Assembly: GCF_003918875.1 (NCBI RefSeq)
Contig: NW_025765237.1
Location: forward strand, 806,001-870,000
Length of the DNA: 64,000 nt
Source of the DNA: Haliotis rubra
Taxonomy: Eukaryota
Direction: 5' to 3'
Positions within the stretch are counted from its first letter, which is position 1. Each line of letters starts with the position of its first letter. A program made the position numbers and the translations under genes. Of the stretch, positions 34,836 through 46,020 are shown in pieces. Under the pieces are notes generated by a model. That model was not told the origin of the DNA, made no database searches, and saw nothing but the letters and a program-made list of their open reading frames with translations.

Positions 34836-35519
34836 ATGGACCCACCAACACCTGCAGTAAGGGCCAAGCTCCGCCCTTCTGCTTTCCGAAGCGAGTCAGC
34901 GTTTATCTCCCCTTGGGTGTCTGATGACCGGCGCGCTGTCACGTACATGCTGCACCCGTCCCTGGAGGAAACCCGTCTACTCCGCACACTGTTCCACAGA
35001 AAGGCCACAAACGCCACAATCAACAAAGCCCTGAATGATCTGAGGAGACTGAAAGGCCAGTTACATAACGGTGCCATGTGCAGCATGTCATCAGCTGACG
35101 ACATCCACTCTCTGCTCATATCAGCTGATGGGACGTCCTCCAGCTCATCCAGTTCATCCTCGTTCTCTGACACGCCCCTCCATCGCTGCCTGGCCAAGAC
35201 AAGTGTCAGGGTTGGGTACGGGTATCCCACGCCCTGCGCCAGGGACGACGGGGCTACTGGGGACGCTAATTTCAGATACGTGTACCCCGGCGAGGATGAC
35301 AGTGGCTTGGACACGAGCTCCAGCACCACCACCAGCAGCAGTAGTAGCAGCAGCGGCAGCTTCTGCCTTCATCTCAGAACATCGCCTGCCGCAGCGATTC
35401 AGTATCGTCGTCTGTATCCACGCCGACGATCCAGCATCAGGAAATTCATCAGCAGAGTTAGCCGGTTCTTCCGCACGCGACGTTATTCCTTCAGCCGTGA
35501 TGCTAACGTCACATGCTAG
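34836..35519 (+). CDS. Uncharacterised 227-aa Ser-rich protein with a basic C-terminus (single coding exon)
   Basis: Uninterrupted GC-rich ORF in AT-rich surroundings; pyrimidine tract and CAG directly before the ATG; no recognised domain. Confidence 0.65.
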   Translation: MDPPTPAVRAKLRPSAFRSESAFISPWVSDDRRAVTYMLHPSLEETRLLRTLFHRKATNATINKALNDLRRLKGQLHNGAMCSMSSADDIHSLLISADGTSSSSSSSSSFSDTPLHRCLAKTSVRVGYGYPTPCARDDGATGDANFRYVYPGEDDSGLDTSSSTTTSSSSSSSGSFCLHLRTSPAAAIQYRRLYPRRRSSIRKFISRVSRFFRTRRYSFSRDANVTC

Positions 35520-36093
35520 ATGTACAACCACGCTGAATTGCCTCGTAACATCTTTGGCCAAAAAATGACATTTAGGAAATGGATCACTATAAAGATTCGG
35601 TAATTATTTAGAAATCGAGGTTTATATGGTGATTTTTTCATATTCATGTTGATGTATTTCTGTTTACAGTATTCAAAACGTGTTTACACCAATTTATAAA
35701 AGAAATGTGTTTAAGATATATTTTTGCTATCAGATATTATACCTGCAGTTGACATAACTATGTTGTTAAATCTAGTATGATAACACCATATAGCTGATAA
35801 ACGTCGTACATCATAGGCATATATCATTATAATCATTTAATAATGATCTTGTGTTTTTATACACTTGTTCTGCTTTTAACGTATAAATGCACAGTGTTCT
35901 CATATAAAATATGTTTTCGCAATGTACGGGTTTCCTCTTGCTTTTGAATAATGTTGTGCGACAGATGAGTTTTGTCCACACAGCCAAGTGACTGACATCA
36001 TGAATACTGATGCGATGAGGTCACAGCCATTAGTCAAGCCCCCGAGTCTGACCGATCCATTTAGTCGCCCGGCTACGACAGGCTGCTAGAAGC

Positions 36094-36206
36094 CTGGGCC
36101 CCGTTCCTCAAAGCGATCGTAGCGCTACGACAGTCGTAAGTCTATGTTAAAGTATGGGAGTTAAAATCATCTTAGCGGTACGATCGCTTTGTGGAACGGG
36201 GCCCTG
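36094..36206. mobile_element. Palindromic MITE, Harbinger-like, CTG TSD
   Basis: ctg ggccccgttcc.caaagcgatcgta...tacgatcgctttg.ggaacggggcc ctg. Confidence 0.85.
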
Positions 36207-36957
36207 TACTGTAACGGTACACGTGCACCTATATTTTGCCCTCTGTGCTGTTTCCATATATGTCCGCGTTATATCAGCGAAGAACAAATATTTACCCCAG
36301 CGTTTAATGTCATCATGTGCACACATGTATTCCAAGGTGAATACGAAATTAATTTACGAAACAGTCACATACTTCTCACTGCGTGAAAATACTGGGCATT
36401 GGATATCGTCCTCGTAGTTTGGTAGACTGTCAGTTTTATCTGAAGGCGTGGCGATGCATGCTATAGAAATGATCCCTAAACGCATGATCTCTGCTGAACA
36501 ACTGCTCGGCAAATCGTTGCGTGAAAATACTGGGTATTGGATAACCACACGACTTCTCCACTGCTGTTATGACCATCACATGTGCGGCACCATCGTAAGT
36601 GTTATACTGCTTAAAGTAATCGCACCTCAAAACTCACTATCCTACCCAGAGTTCAATGCGGCCTGCCAGCATAGTACTTCTGCCACAGGCCACAAAGATG
36701 TGACATCTTGCACCGTCCATCCAATATAATCTACATATTTCTTAACTCTTTTATTTTTGACGAGTCTACGCATCTAATTAAACATCTTTGATAAAATGGT
36801 TTAGTGTTCCTGAGAAAATATCCTAAAACATGGAACACTATTTCGATTTGCGTAGCGATCCTTTGTTTACATAGGTTGTACGGCTCCACGTGCTGTCATC
36901 GACGCCAACAGAGAGCAAACGATGCAGCCAGTTTGATATCTAAATATGTACTGTCAT

Positions 36958-37290
36958 AGACCTTACTGTCGCAGTTGTGGAAGAATATATATGTAACAAT
37001 GTAAAACGTTATGAAGAGAGCGCCGAAAAGCTTGCGTAAGGCCAGTCTCTTCTTATTATGAATATGCGCGTTTGATTACAAACAAGAGAAAAGTCCGGTC
37101 ACGTGATATGCAAATTAGCCTGTGGCAGTGATGTTATGGTAAGTCATCACTGCGCCGGAGTGTGCTCAAAACTCAACATTAAGTAGACTGACGCATATCA
37201 TGCCCAAACATCGAACTACATGTAAACAATAAAAATAATCATGAATAGGTAATTGCCACACTGAAATACCGTTCCAGTCGCAGTCGGTCT
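36958..37290. mobile_element. Small non-autonomous element with AGACC...GGTCT termini
   Basis: at|agaccttactg ... cagtcggtct|at; same terminal signature as 11329-14469, short imperfect TIR. Confidence 0.4.
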
Positions 37291-37437
37291 ATTGTGTCTA
37301 TCATACGACCAACATGGGTTGCTGGGGACCATTTCTTACCCGGAATCCCTATGTGACTAATGCTGCAGAATATCATTCTCCGTGAATTCCTGTTTCAACT
37401 TTCTGTTTGACCCCTTACCCTGAATCCATAGGAATAT

Positions 37438-37716
37438 CAGGCCCCGATTTCTCGAAACAAACTTAAGTCTGAGTTCTGACTTAAGTTAGAGTTTTTACTC
37501 AAATTTGAGAAAACGCAGGAAAATGCATTTCAGAGAATGAACTGAAATCGATATTAAATTCAAACATAGTAGACAATTTGAGTTTGGTGGATAGATTAGT
37601 TAACTTGTTTGGGCTTTTTAATTTAAAAAAATATAGTTGAGTTAAAAATTCAAATTGTCAAACTCAGTTTGGAATTTGAGTAAAAACTTAAGTTTGTTTC
37701 GAGAAATCGGGGCCTG
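37438..37716. mobile_element. MITE, Harbinger-like
   Basis: 31-bp TIRs caggccccgatttctcgaaacaaacttaagt / acttaagtttgtttcgagaaatcggggcctg. Confidence 0.88.
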
Positions 37717-37863
37717 GTATCGATTGAGACCACAGCCATCTAATTGTCGTAGGAGGCTACTAAATGGAGCGGAGATGACTGCATGTATTGTATCACAGTA
37801 TCCTGTATCGATGTTCAGGATACCAATCACTGGATCGTCTGTTCCAGGTGCCATCACCTGAAG

Positions 37864-38110
37864 TGAGTGAGTGAGTTTAGTTTTACGCCGCACTCGGCAA
37901 CATTCCAGCTATATGGCGGCGGTCTGTAAATAATCGAGTCTGGACCAGACAATCCAGTGATCAACAGCATGAGCATCGATCTGCGAAATTGGGAACCGAT
38001 GACATGTGTCAACCAAGTCAGCGAGCCTGACCACCCGATCCCGTTAGTCACCTCTTATGACAAGCATGGGTTACTGAAGATCAATATTCTAACCCGGATC
38101 TTCACGGGTA
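37864..38110 (-). mobile_element. SINE family B, full length, nested in an older related copy
   Basis: 14-bp TSD gccatcac(c/t)tgaag (37850-37863 / 38111-38124); the flanks 37740-37850 and 38125-38170 are a diverged family-B-like copy. Confidence 0.92.
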
Positions 38111-38599
38111 GCCATCACTTGAAGACCGCCGTAATAGAGCTGGTATATTCCTAAAGGAGACGTAAAGCAATCAAGCACGTGACAGCCAATATGATATTAA
38201 AATGATAAAGTGAAAGCTTAACTTTACTGAAGTATTTGTATTTTCAAATTTCTGAGAAGAACTTGAATTCATTAACAAGAACAGATGGAGCTCGTCAGTC
38301 TTTGAGCCCAAACAGCATTCGTCTAAAACGCAACCTGTTACTCGCAGCCAGGGAAGGCAACTCGTCAGCTGCCTCCTCCTTCTGTAACTACATTGTGAAC
38401 ATGTTGCAAATGGAGCTTCAACAATCTCACTTCCTATTTATTATCAGTCTCAGTTGAAATATTAGTTTCCACAGCAACAAAGAATATATTTTTCCAGTGA
38501 AAAATACGCATATATACATTTGGCGAAACCTAAACATTTGGGCTGCCCCAGCCTTTTCAAATGAAGTCAGCGTCTAAACCGGTTTGGGTACATGTAGCA

Positions 38600-41389
38600 C
38601 TAGCAAAATGGCGTTTCCTTTGTTCCCTCATCTCCGTCAGACATTTTCCATCCAAAGTTTATCCTGGTCGCCCCAACCGGAAATTGCTGGTTGTCATGGC
38701 AATGTTCCCTCTCTTCCGGAAGTCCTTCTCCGCACGACGCACCAGGAGGCGAACCTTGCCAGTGCAGTGGTGGTTGTGGTTGCTGAGGAACGGGGGCGGG
38801 CACCGGAAGAGGGGCGTTCCTCGGATCTATGAACCGAGACACTGGCGGCATGTAATCACGATTCAAAACGGGCAATATCTGTCCAACCATTGACCTATGA
38901 GCTGGTTGGTAAGGATCCTGTCCATAAAGCTGCTGCCCTTTAGAGTGTTTGTAACCAAGGGTACTGACGTTGTATTCCGGCCCTGGAACTGAAGTGTAGT
39001 CGAAGTCTCCAAAGGTCGGCACCGAGGAAGGATACTCATGTGTCAGCTGTACTTGCTCTGTGTGAGGTCTTGCGGCAGCCACAAGTCCCACGTCCCTGGA
39101 ACTGATTGCAGGAGTATCTGCAGAAGGTCCTTGTGGAGGTGTGCGGCCTTCACACTTGTGCTTCTGTCTTGTCACAAAGGCCCTGAAGCCTCTGCCACAC
39201 ACTTTACAGTTGAAGGGAGTCTCACGGGTATGTACAAAAGTATGCAGCTTTAGTTTCTTTTTGTTAACAAAACTTTTGCCACAGAGATCACACAGAAACG
39301 GTTTCTTGCCCGTGTGGGACATCTGATGCTCGCGGAGGATATAGGGCTGTTTGAAGCTCTTTCCACATATCTCACAGACATGGGGCCTCTCGTTTGTATG
39401 AGACAGCATGTGGACCTTCAGTGACCCTGCTAGGACATAGCTCTGACCACACACATCACAGCGGAAAGGTTTCTCGCCTGTGTGGAGAAGTCTGTGTGTC
39501 TTACAACCATAGTAGCTCACAAACTTCTGAAGGCAGATGTCACAACGATGCCTCTTCTTCTTCCCAACCTCGGAGGACTTAGTGGGATCAGTGGAAGGGT
39601 CAGCTGTGTCACAAGAACCTTCAGAGCTTTTCTTCAGGTCATTCTTGTGGGTCTTGATGTGTTCTCTTAACACCTTGACTCCTGGCCACGCCTCATGACA
39701 GATATGGCAGTTCAGGAGCTGATCTGTCTGGTGGATGCGCATATGTGACTGTAGACTGGACACAAAGTGGAAGGTCTTCTGACAGGTGCTACATTTCACA
39801 GGCACTCTCTCCTTCTGTTCTCTGTTCTCTGGATCTCTAGAGCATCCGTGTCTCTTCTTGGACTTGTACTCTTCCTCTGTCATCGTCAGCTGACCACCCC
39901 TGTGTTTCCGGATGTGCACCATCACCTCATCACAGTCTTCCAGCTGCATCCCACACTCGGCGCAGTCGAGACATTCCTCGTCTGCATGGGCATCAACATG
40001 AGCCTTCAGAGCCTCCATATCTGTAACCTGCTTTGGACACACGACACATTTATAGATGACATCATTCTGATGAACTCGCATATGTGTCCTCAAACTAGAC
40101 CTCAGACCAAAAGACTCTCCACAAATGTTACACACGATGACCTTCTTGACAGCGTGATCCCGATGGTGCGCCTGAAGGTGTTTCAACTTGAAGAACTCCT
40201 CACCGCAAATGTTACACGGATGACCCTTCTTCCCTAGATGAACCATGCTGACATGACCCTTCAGAAGGCTCCTCGTGGGAAAGCTCTGGCCACAGATTTC
40301 ACATCTCTTGGGTTCATCTCCTTCTCCGTGCTGTTTCACATGACGGTCATGGTCCGTCTTACAGGAGAACTTCAGCTTGCAGATGCTGCACTGGATGCCA
40401 GCCTGTTGGGCATGAGTCACCATGTGGACTGCAAGATGTGTCGCCTCAAAGTATATCTTTGAGCATTTATCACATTCATACTGAGCTTCATATGTGTGCT
40501 TCTTTATGTGCTCCTTGAACACTGCAGATCGGACACATATTTTTTCACATATATAACACTGGTTCGCCATAAGACCCTCATGGAATTCCTTATGCTGTTC
40601 ATAGGCTTCCTTGGTAACGAGTGGTCTATCACATATTCCACACTCAAATATCTCTGGCAATGCGTGTTTCTCCAAGTGTATAGAAAGAGATGTTATATGC
40701 TTAAACGTCTTTTCACAAACTTCACAGGATAATTTCACATTTGTATGTGACTTTTTATTCTTTTGGGATCAGAACGTGGGGATGCTGATTTCATTGTCCT
40801 CTTAGGTAGTTTACCACCATGATGCTTAGCCCGGTGAAGAATTAAACCACTTTCAAAGTTGAACCCTTTACCACAGTCAGTACATACATAGTTAGTTTTC
40901 TGCCTAGGATGGGCTTCTATAAGGTGGTTCTTGAAGCTCTTCTCTTCGATATACATACCACATTGGTTGCACAGCACCTTCTGATATCTGCGCCTCAGGA
41001 CTCTGTCTGATACAGACCTGTCTTGAGGTTTCTCCTCAAGATCACTGGGTTTCTCCACCCGATCACTAAGATTGTCAATCATAGAGTCTTCATCGTCCGA
41101 TATGTTCTGCGTCCTGGTGGTCCCCAGCTCTTCTGAGAGCTCCTTCTTTATGGGTACCAGTGGTTCTTCTGTCGGACGTGTCAGATTTTTCAACACGTTC
41201 TGGTTGTATTCTGCTGTGTTCGTTTTCTTGATGCTCAACATCTGTCGGTATTCGGGAATCGTGTGTAGCACAGTCCTTGTCATTGCCAGAGTCGGAGGAA
41301 GACTGGTCTTGGTTCAGTACCACTGCCCAAGGGGAACATGACACTGGTTCTGAAGCACCTGGACTACCCTGCTCTGTACACGTCTCCAT
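38600..41389 (-). CDS. ZNF-E: C2H2 poly-zinc-finger protein (~18-19 fingers) with a Pro/Gln-rich tail, lacking the shared N-terminal domain
   Basis: Joins ORFs 41090-41389, 40735-41283 and 38600-40738 through indels at ~41175 and in the A-runs at ~40750-40765; acceptor gttcgttcttttccag at 41573-41588. Confidence 0.88.
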
Positions 41390-42019
41390 AGCTCTACGTT
41401 AATGCTTGGTTAAGTCTGCGGGGGTAATTCTTTATATGTATCGCTCGTGACAACTCTAGGATAAGCGTCTCCATTGAGGAAGATAACCTCTATTCCTGTT
41501 TTTCACATGGTATGCAGTGCAAGGACATCTAACACTTCAAGGAACTTGTGATGCTTGTTGAGGATATACTGCCTGGAAAAGAACGAACCCGTCAATATCT
41601 ATCATAATGAGAAACTTTTATTGCTTTAAAATTTGCCTAAAACACTGATCAGCCAAACTCAGCTATATGGCGGCAGTCTGTAAATAAGCGAGTCTGGACC
41701 AGACAAACCAGTGATCAACAGAAGGAGCATCGATCTGTGCAATTGGGATAAGATGACATGTGTCAACCAAGTCAGCGAGTCAAATGAGGCAAGTTTACCA
41801 GATAAATACCCCAAATATATCACCCTACTCCATTTCTACTCTATGACGTCAAAAGACGACAGAGAGGTTAACACACGCATAAAGAAAATGGGGCATAACA
41901 AAATATCATTGTAACTCGATGGCAATTTGCTCAGGATAAGGACAATATAACTTCGTGATGTTTTGTTCACGAGGCACCAAACTATTCGAACAGAAAGATT
42001 TTCACAAATGGTAGGAAAT

Positions 42020-42250
42020 TATGTTTCTTTGTTGCTTAATGCCACACACAGCAATATTCCAGCTATATGGCGGCAGTCTGTAAATAATCAAGTCTGGACC
42101 AGACAGGCCTGTGATCAACAGCATGAGCATCGATCTACGCAATTGGGATACGATGACATGTGTCAACCAAGTCAGCGAGTCTGACCACCCGATCCTGTTA
42201 GTCGCGTCTTACGACAAGCATGGGTTGCTGAAGACCAATTCTAACCCAAA
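42020..42250 (-). mobile_element. SINE family B copy (a partial copy also lies at 41655-41780)
   Basis: Family B core and tail on the minus strand. Confidence 0.85.
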
Positions 42251-42573
42251 CCAAACCCATGTGGGGAATCGAGCTCGGCGCTTGGAGCAAAGGCTGTAAC
42301 CACTTTTGTATGTTTGCCGTGAAAACGTACCGATGAATTTCACTTTAAACAAAAAGGTAAATCAAATAAAAGGAAATAAGATTGCGAATCCTCATAATTT
42401 TACCCTGCCAATTGAACATTTAAATCTCAGAATTTTATTCAACTTAGGATAAAGGTCGGTTAACAAACGATCATAGTTTCAAATCGCTATTATTGGTTTG
42501 TATAGACGACCTCACGGTTGTGTAGCCACGAAAGTCACTTGCATGTGACAAGTGCCATTCTCTCTATAATGGT

Positions 42574-42738
42574 GGGGCGGTGGGGAAGCCTAGTGGTCAA
42601 AGCGTTCGCTCGTCACGCCGAAGACCCGGGTTCGATTACCCACATGGATAAAATGAGTGAAGCCCATTTCTGGTGTCCTTCACCGTGATATTGCTGGAAT
42701 ATTACTAAAAGCGGCGTAAAACTAAACTCACTCACTCA
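42574..42738 (+). mobile_element. SINE family A, full length (tRNA-Asp-like head)
   Basis: gctcgtcacgccgaagacccgggttcgatt resembles the tRNA-Asp(GTC) anticodon and T arms; TSD ctctata(a/c)tggt. Confidence 0.9.
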
Positions 42739-43334
42739 CTCTATACTGGTACAAACAGATGGTTTCATGCTTGTGATAAACCATTACTGATAAAGGTTAC
42801 TGCACATAGCAACATGCTAGACAGTATTAGCGACATGCATGCTGGGTAACAACAAGTGCCATTATAGACATGTTTAAGTTTGACGCGACCCGGTGATCGG
42901 TGATCGTATACCTGACCTCCACTAGAGATTCGGGGTTCGTCCCAAATGGTTGATGAAACCACAATATGCTCCAATTATCATTAAAACCTCATTTATAGAC
43001 TGATAACATCAATGATGATATTGCGTATGAAAACAAGACATCCCGAGCGCTCAATAAGACTGAATCAGACAGGCCTAACAGCCCGCCATGTTGTCTGTGT
43101 GTACGGGTCTACAGCCAACAACTATCTATATATCATGCCTGAGCTCTCTCATTACCATGACAACTGCAAATAACTATCAGTTTAGTTAGCCTTATCAAAC
43201 AGCAATAAATCGTATAAGTACTGAAATTCTGACGAGCGTCGCTCAGCTGAGAAGTTGTCGAAAGCTTTGCAGTGTGTAAACACGGCTCTCCATAGATTCT
43301 GGCAACATCGCCCCCATTCTCATGCAATGTACAT

Positions 43335-43530
43335 GCTTACCTTTAGTCTATATGATCAGCCTATTATCATAGCCGTGATATATCATAATAACCAGGAAGT
43401 AATTTAAAGATGACATATTCCAGTCCTCGTGCGACCTGTCGAGTCGCTTTCCATTCTGAGAGGCGTTATGTCGGCAACATGTGAAAGTGACTCGAGGTGT
43501 ATTTTGCCACAACATGAGTTATCCCCCTTC
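43335..43530 (-). promoter_or_regulatory. Candidate first exon and promoter of ZNF-E
   Basis: Donor AAG|GTAAGC at 43341/43340, ETS-like accaggaagt 43391-43400, GAGTTATCCCCCTT 43516-43529, CpG-retaining sequence. Confidence 0.45.
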
Positions 43531-43914
43531 CCGCATCCGCTGGTCGTGCAACTGTGCGTCAAAGTCAATCGAAAAATCATGATCGAGCATACGTGGGTTC
43601 TTTACAGAAATAGTATGGTGTTTTATGAATTTGCTATACGTTTGTTTTCATAGTCTATAAAATCTATGAGACGACAGCACTTTTGAAAGGCGTTCCAGCA
43701 AAATGATTGTGGAGTTTAGTTTCATACACTTACAAATGTAGTGAATCGCATGCACTAAGAGAAACTGATAACCGTTCACAATTATTTCGAAAATAGTAAT
43801 TAAATTAGTTACATCGATACCTTTTGATAACAGAGCATATTTAATTGAAGTTTCGTCCTTATGTACGAAAAAGCGACCATGACATGAATACACGCTTTAA
43901 GTTTATATATGTTG

Positions 43915-44120
43915 GAGTGAGTGAGTGAGTGAGTTTAGTTTTACGCCGCACTCAGCAATATTCCAGCTATATGGCAGCGGTCTGTAAATAATCGAGTCTG
44001 GACCAGACAATCCAGTGATCAACAGCATGAGCATCGATCTGCGAAATTGGGAACCGATGACATGTGTCAACCAAGTCAGCGAGCCTGACCACCCGATCCC
44101 GTTAGTCGCCTCTTACGAAG
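43915..44120 (-). mobile_element. SINE family B, 5'-truncated
   Basis: Near-identical to 37864-38060. Confidence 0.88.
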
Positions 44121-44228
44121 GCCCGTGACCCGGCATTTATTCAAGGTGACATGTGTTTATTTCAGAAGAGATTCTAGAATTTTACTGTGGACTTCTTCTT
44201 TCTATTGTTCTGTACCTCAAACTGATAC

Positions 44229-44394
44229 GTGGCGGTGGGGTAGCCCAGTGGTTAAAGCGTTGGCTCGTCACGCCGAAGACCCGGGTTCGAATCCCCACAT
44301 GGGTACAATTTGTGAAGCCCATTTCTGGTGTCCCCCGCCGTGATGTTGCTGGAATATTGCTAAAAGCGGCGTAAAACCAAATTCAGTCAGTCAG
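44229..44394 (+). mobile_element. SINE family A, full length
   Basis: 12-bp TSD tcaaactgatac; tRNA-like head; (AGTC)n tail variant. Confidence 0.9.
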
Positions 44395-44459
44395 TCAAAC
44401 TGATACCATGCATACGGTACGGATCCACACAGACATTCGCGGCCGCATTTCAACGCGGG

Positions 44460-44632
44460 TATATATAAGGCATGCGTCATGTCAGAGGTCGTTGGGCCTT
44501 TATCCTCACATTGAAAGAATGGATATGACGTGACGCATCATGTGACAATGACATTATGACACCATGCTCGAAACCATGACGTCATGTGATAAAGAGATTC
44601 TGACGTCACGCTATCTGTGACGTCATGCGTCA
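44460..44632 (+). promoter_or_regulatory. TATA-like box and dense CRE/ATF site cluster
   Basis: tatatataag at 44460; TGACGTCA at 44577, 44601 and 44618; half-sites or variants at 44473, 44526, 44531 and 44626. Confidence 0.6.
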
Positions 44633-44684
44633 TATCAACGTTCAAAGGACCGTTTTTAGACATCCGTGATAACATGTCCTGACA

Positions 44685-45290
44685 ATGAATCCAACACTCG
44701 TTATGTACTCGCACTTCGGTGCCAAGTTCTTGATGGCGCCATTCAGAGTGATAGCAACATCCGTGGGACGTATTTCGTCGTTACTGAGCGCAGAGACTTT
44801 CCTTTTGTGGTCGTTTGTTGTGGGGTATTTCCAAAAGGAGATCTTAGCCTCCCATTTGGAGGTAAAGAGTGCCGTTGTCTGTTTAATCTCATCCTTGAGC
44901 ATTCTTGTCATGGAATGGCTGTTGAAGAGTTCCAATATTTACAGGATTCTAACCCGAGTGTTCCTGAGGGATGTTCTGAGCGTTCTCGTGTACCTTACGT
45001 CGCCAATAATCCTCATTTTCTACATATGGAACCCCCTGTATGCATCTCTACCATGCATCATTCGCACCACTGTCGATGGTAGCGTCTCCAAGGTCGAGTT
45101 CTTGAAACCCGCTCTGTGGACATCTTTAGCATCATGCATCCTGTTCTGTGCTGTGTACAAACTGTGGAGGAAGAGGTACCGTCGATATTCAAGAAATAAA
45201 TCATCAAGGTCATCGTTCGTCGAGTCGTCCCCTCGCACACCCGTCACGAGGAGCATGAGCGCAAGGTTGCGTCAGATGAAAAGAAGATAG
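44685..45290 (+). CDS. Uncharacterised 201-aa multi-pass membrane protein with a basic Ser/Arg-rich C-terminal tail
   Basis: Intronless ORF with about four hydrophobic segments followed by KLWRKRYRRYSRNK...SPRTPVTRSMSARLRQMKRR. Confidence 0.65.
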   Translation: MNPTLVMYSHFGAKFLMAPFRVIATSVGRISSLLSAETFLLWSFVVGYFQKEILASHLEVKSAVVCLISSLSILVMEWLLKSSNIYRILTRVFLRDVLSVLVYLTSPIILIFYIWNPLYASLPCIIRTTVDGSVSKVEFLKPALWTSLASCILFCAVYKLWRKRYRRYSRNKSSRSSFVESSPRTPVTRSMSARLRQMKRR

Positions 45291-45889
45291 ACTGAGCAGA
45301 AAATTGGCACTTGGTGGAAAAACCCGTAGGCAACGCAAGAAAACAATTCTCAGTGCTCATCATGGCAAGACATTGCACCCCGTGACGCAAACACTGGCAA
45401 TGTTGTCAGAGAGACTTACTAAGGGACTAGTGAACGGGATTTCCTCTGTGCATAATTATGTTCAGTGTGTTTTGTAGTTTATTCTATTGGTGGTGTTCTG
45501 CTTAAACACCCCCAGAAGACGCTATATATTTTAAAGTTACCTGTCAATGAAAATATCAATGTATTTCAGTTTGACAGTAAATGTGTCGTAATTAGAGTAC
45601 ATGGTGTTTGTTATATTGTTCTGTCACAATTCTCTGCATGATTTAGTAAATTAGATGAGAGATATTTTTATCCTTCCTTGTTCATTTGCAACAGTCCATG
45701 TAACTGTTAGATCACAAATTCTAAAAACGCATCATAATTCCGGTTGAATCGGTTCCCTGTTTATTACAATATTTTCCTACCTTCATGTTTCCCCGAAGGT
45801 AACTGAAAACATTGTCCTTGTCAAGATTTTGATTCAGAGGCAGATTTAGCAGAAAAATGGCCTTACATAGCTGCATTTTATGTACGCTT

Positions 45890-46020
45890 TCTTGACTTAC
45901 CTCCCTTGCGGCGCTGACAGCTTCCGGCCTAAATTAATGGCTGAATATCTGTCAAATGGATTACAAATGCTCGATGTTTTGTTTGTTACGGGCTCATGGT
46001 GACCGACAGATTTTGTAAGT
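45890..46020 (+). promoter_or_regulatory. Candidate promoter and first non-coding exon of WDR47
   Basis: GACTTACCTCCCTT 45894-45907, ETS-like cttccgg, donor gtaagt at 46015-46020, CpG-poor sequence downstream. Confidence 0.5.

Noticed and set aside
37854-38154. Recurrent short ORFs such as MTNGIGWSGSLTWLTHVI (also 9741, 10836, 42111)
   Set aside because: Translations of SINE family B copies, not a peptide gene family.
1056-41389. ZNF genes as pseudogenes
   Set aside because: After indel correction the frames have no nonsense codons and nearly all fingers keep their Cys/His ligands.
42574-42650. tRNA-Asp genes at the family A heads (also 44229, 61015, 62315)
   Set aside because: No proper acceptor stem; each is followed by a SINE body, a microsatellite tail and in most cases TSDs.
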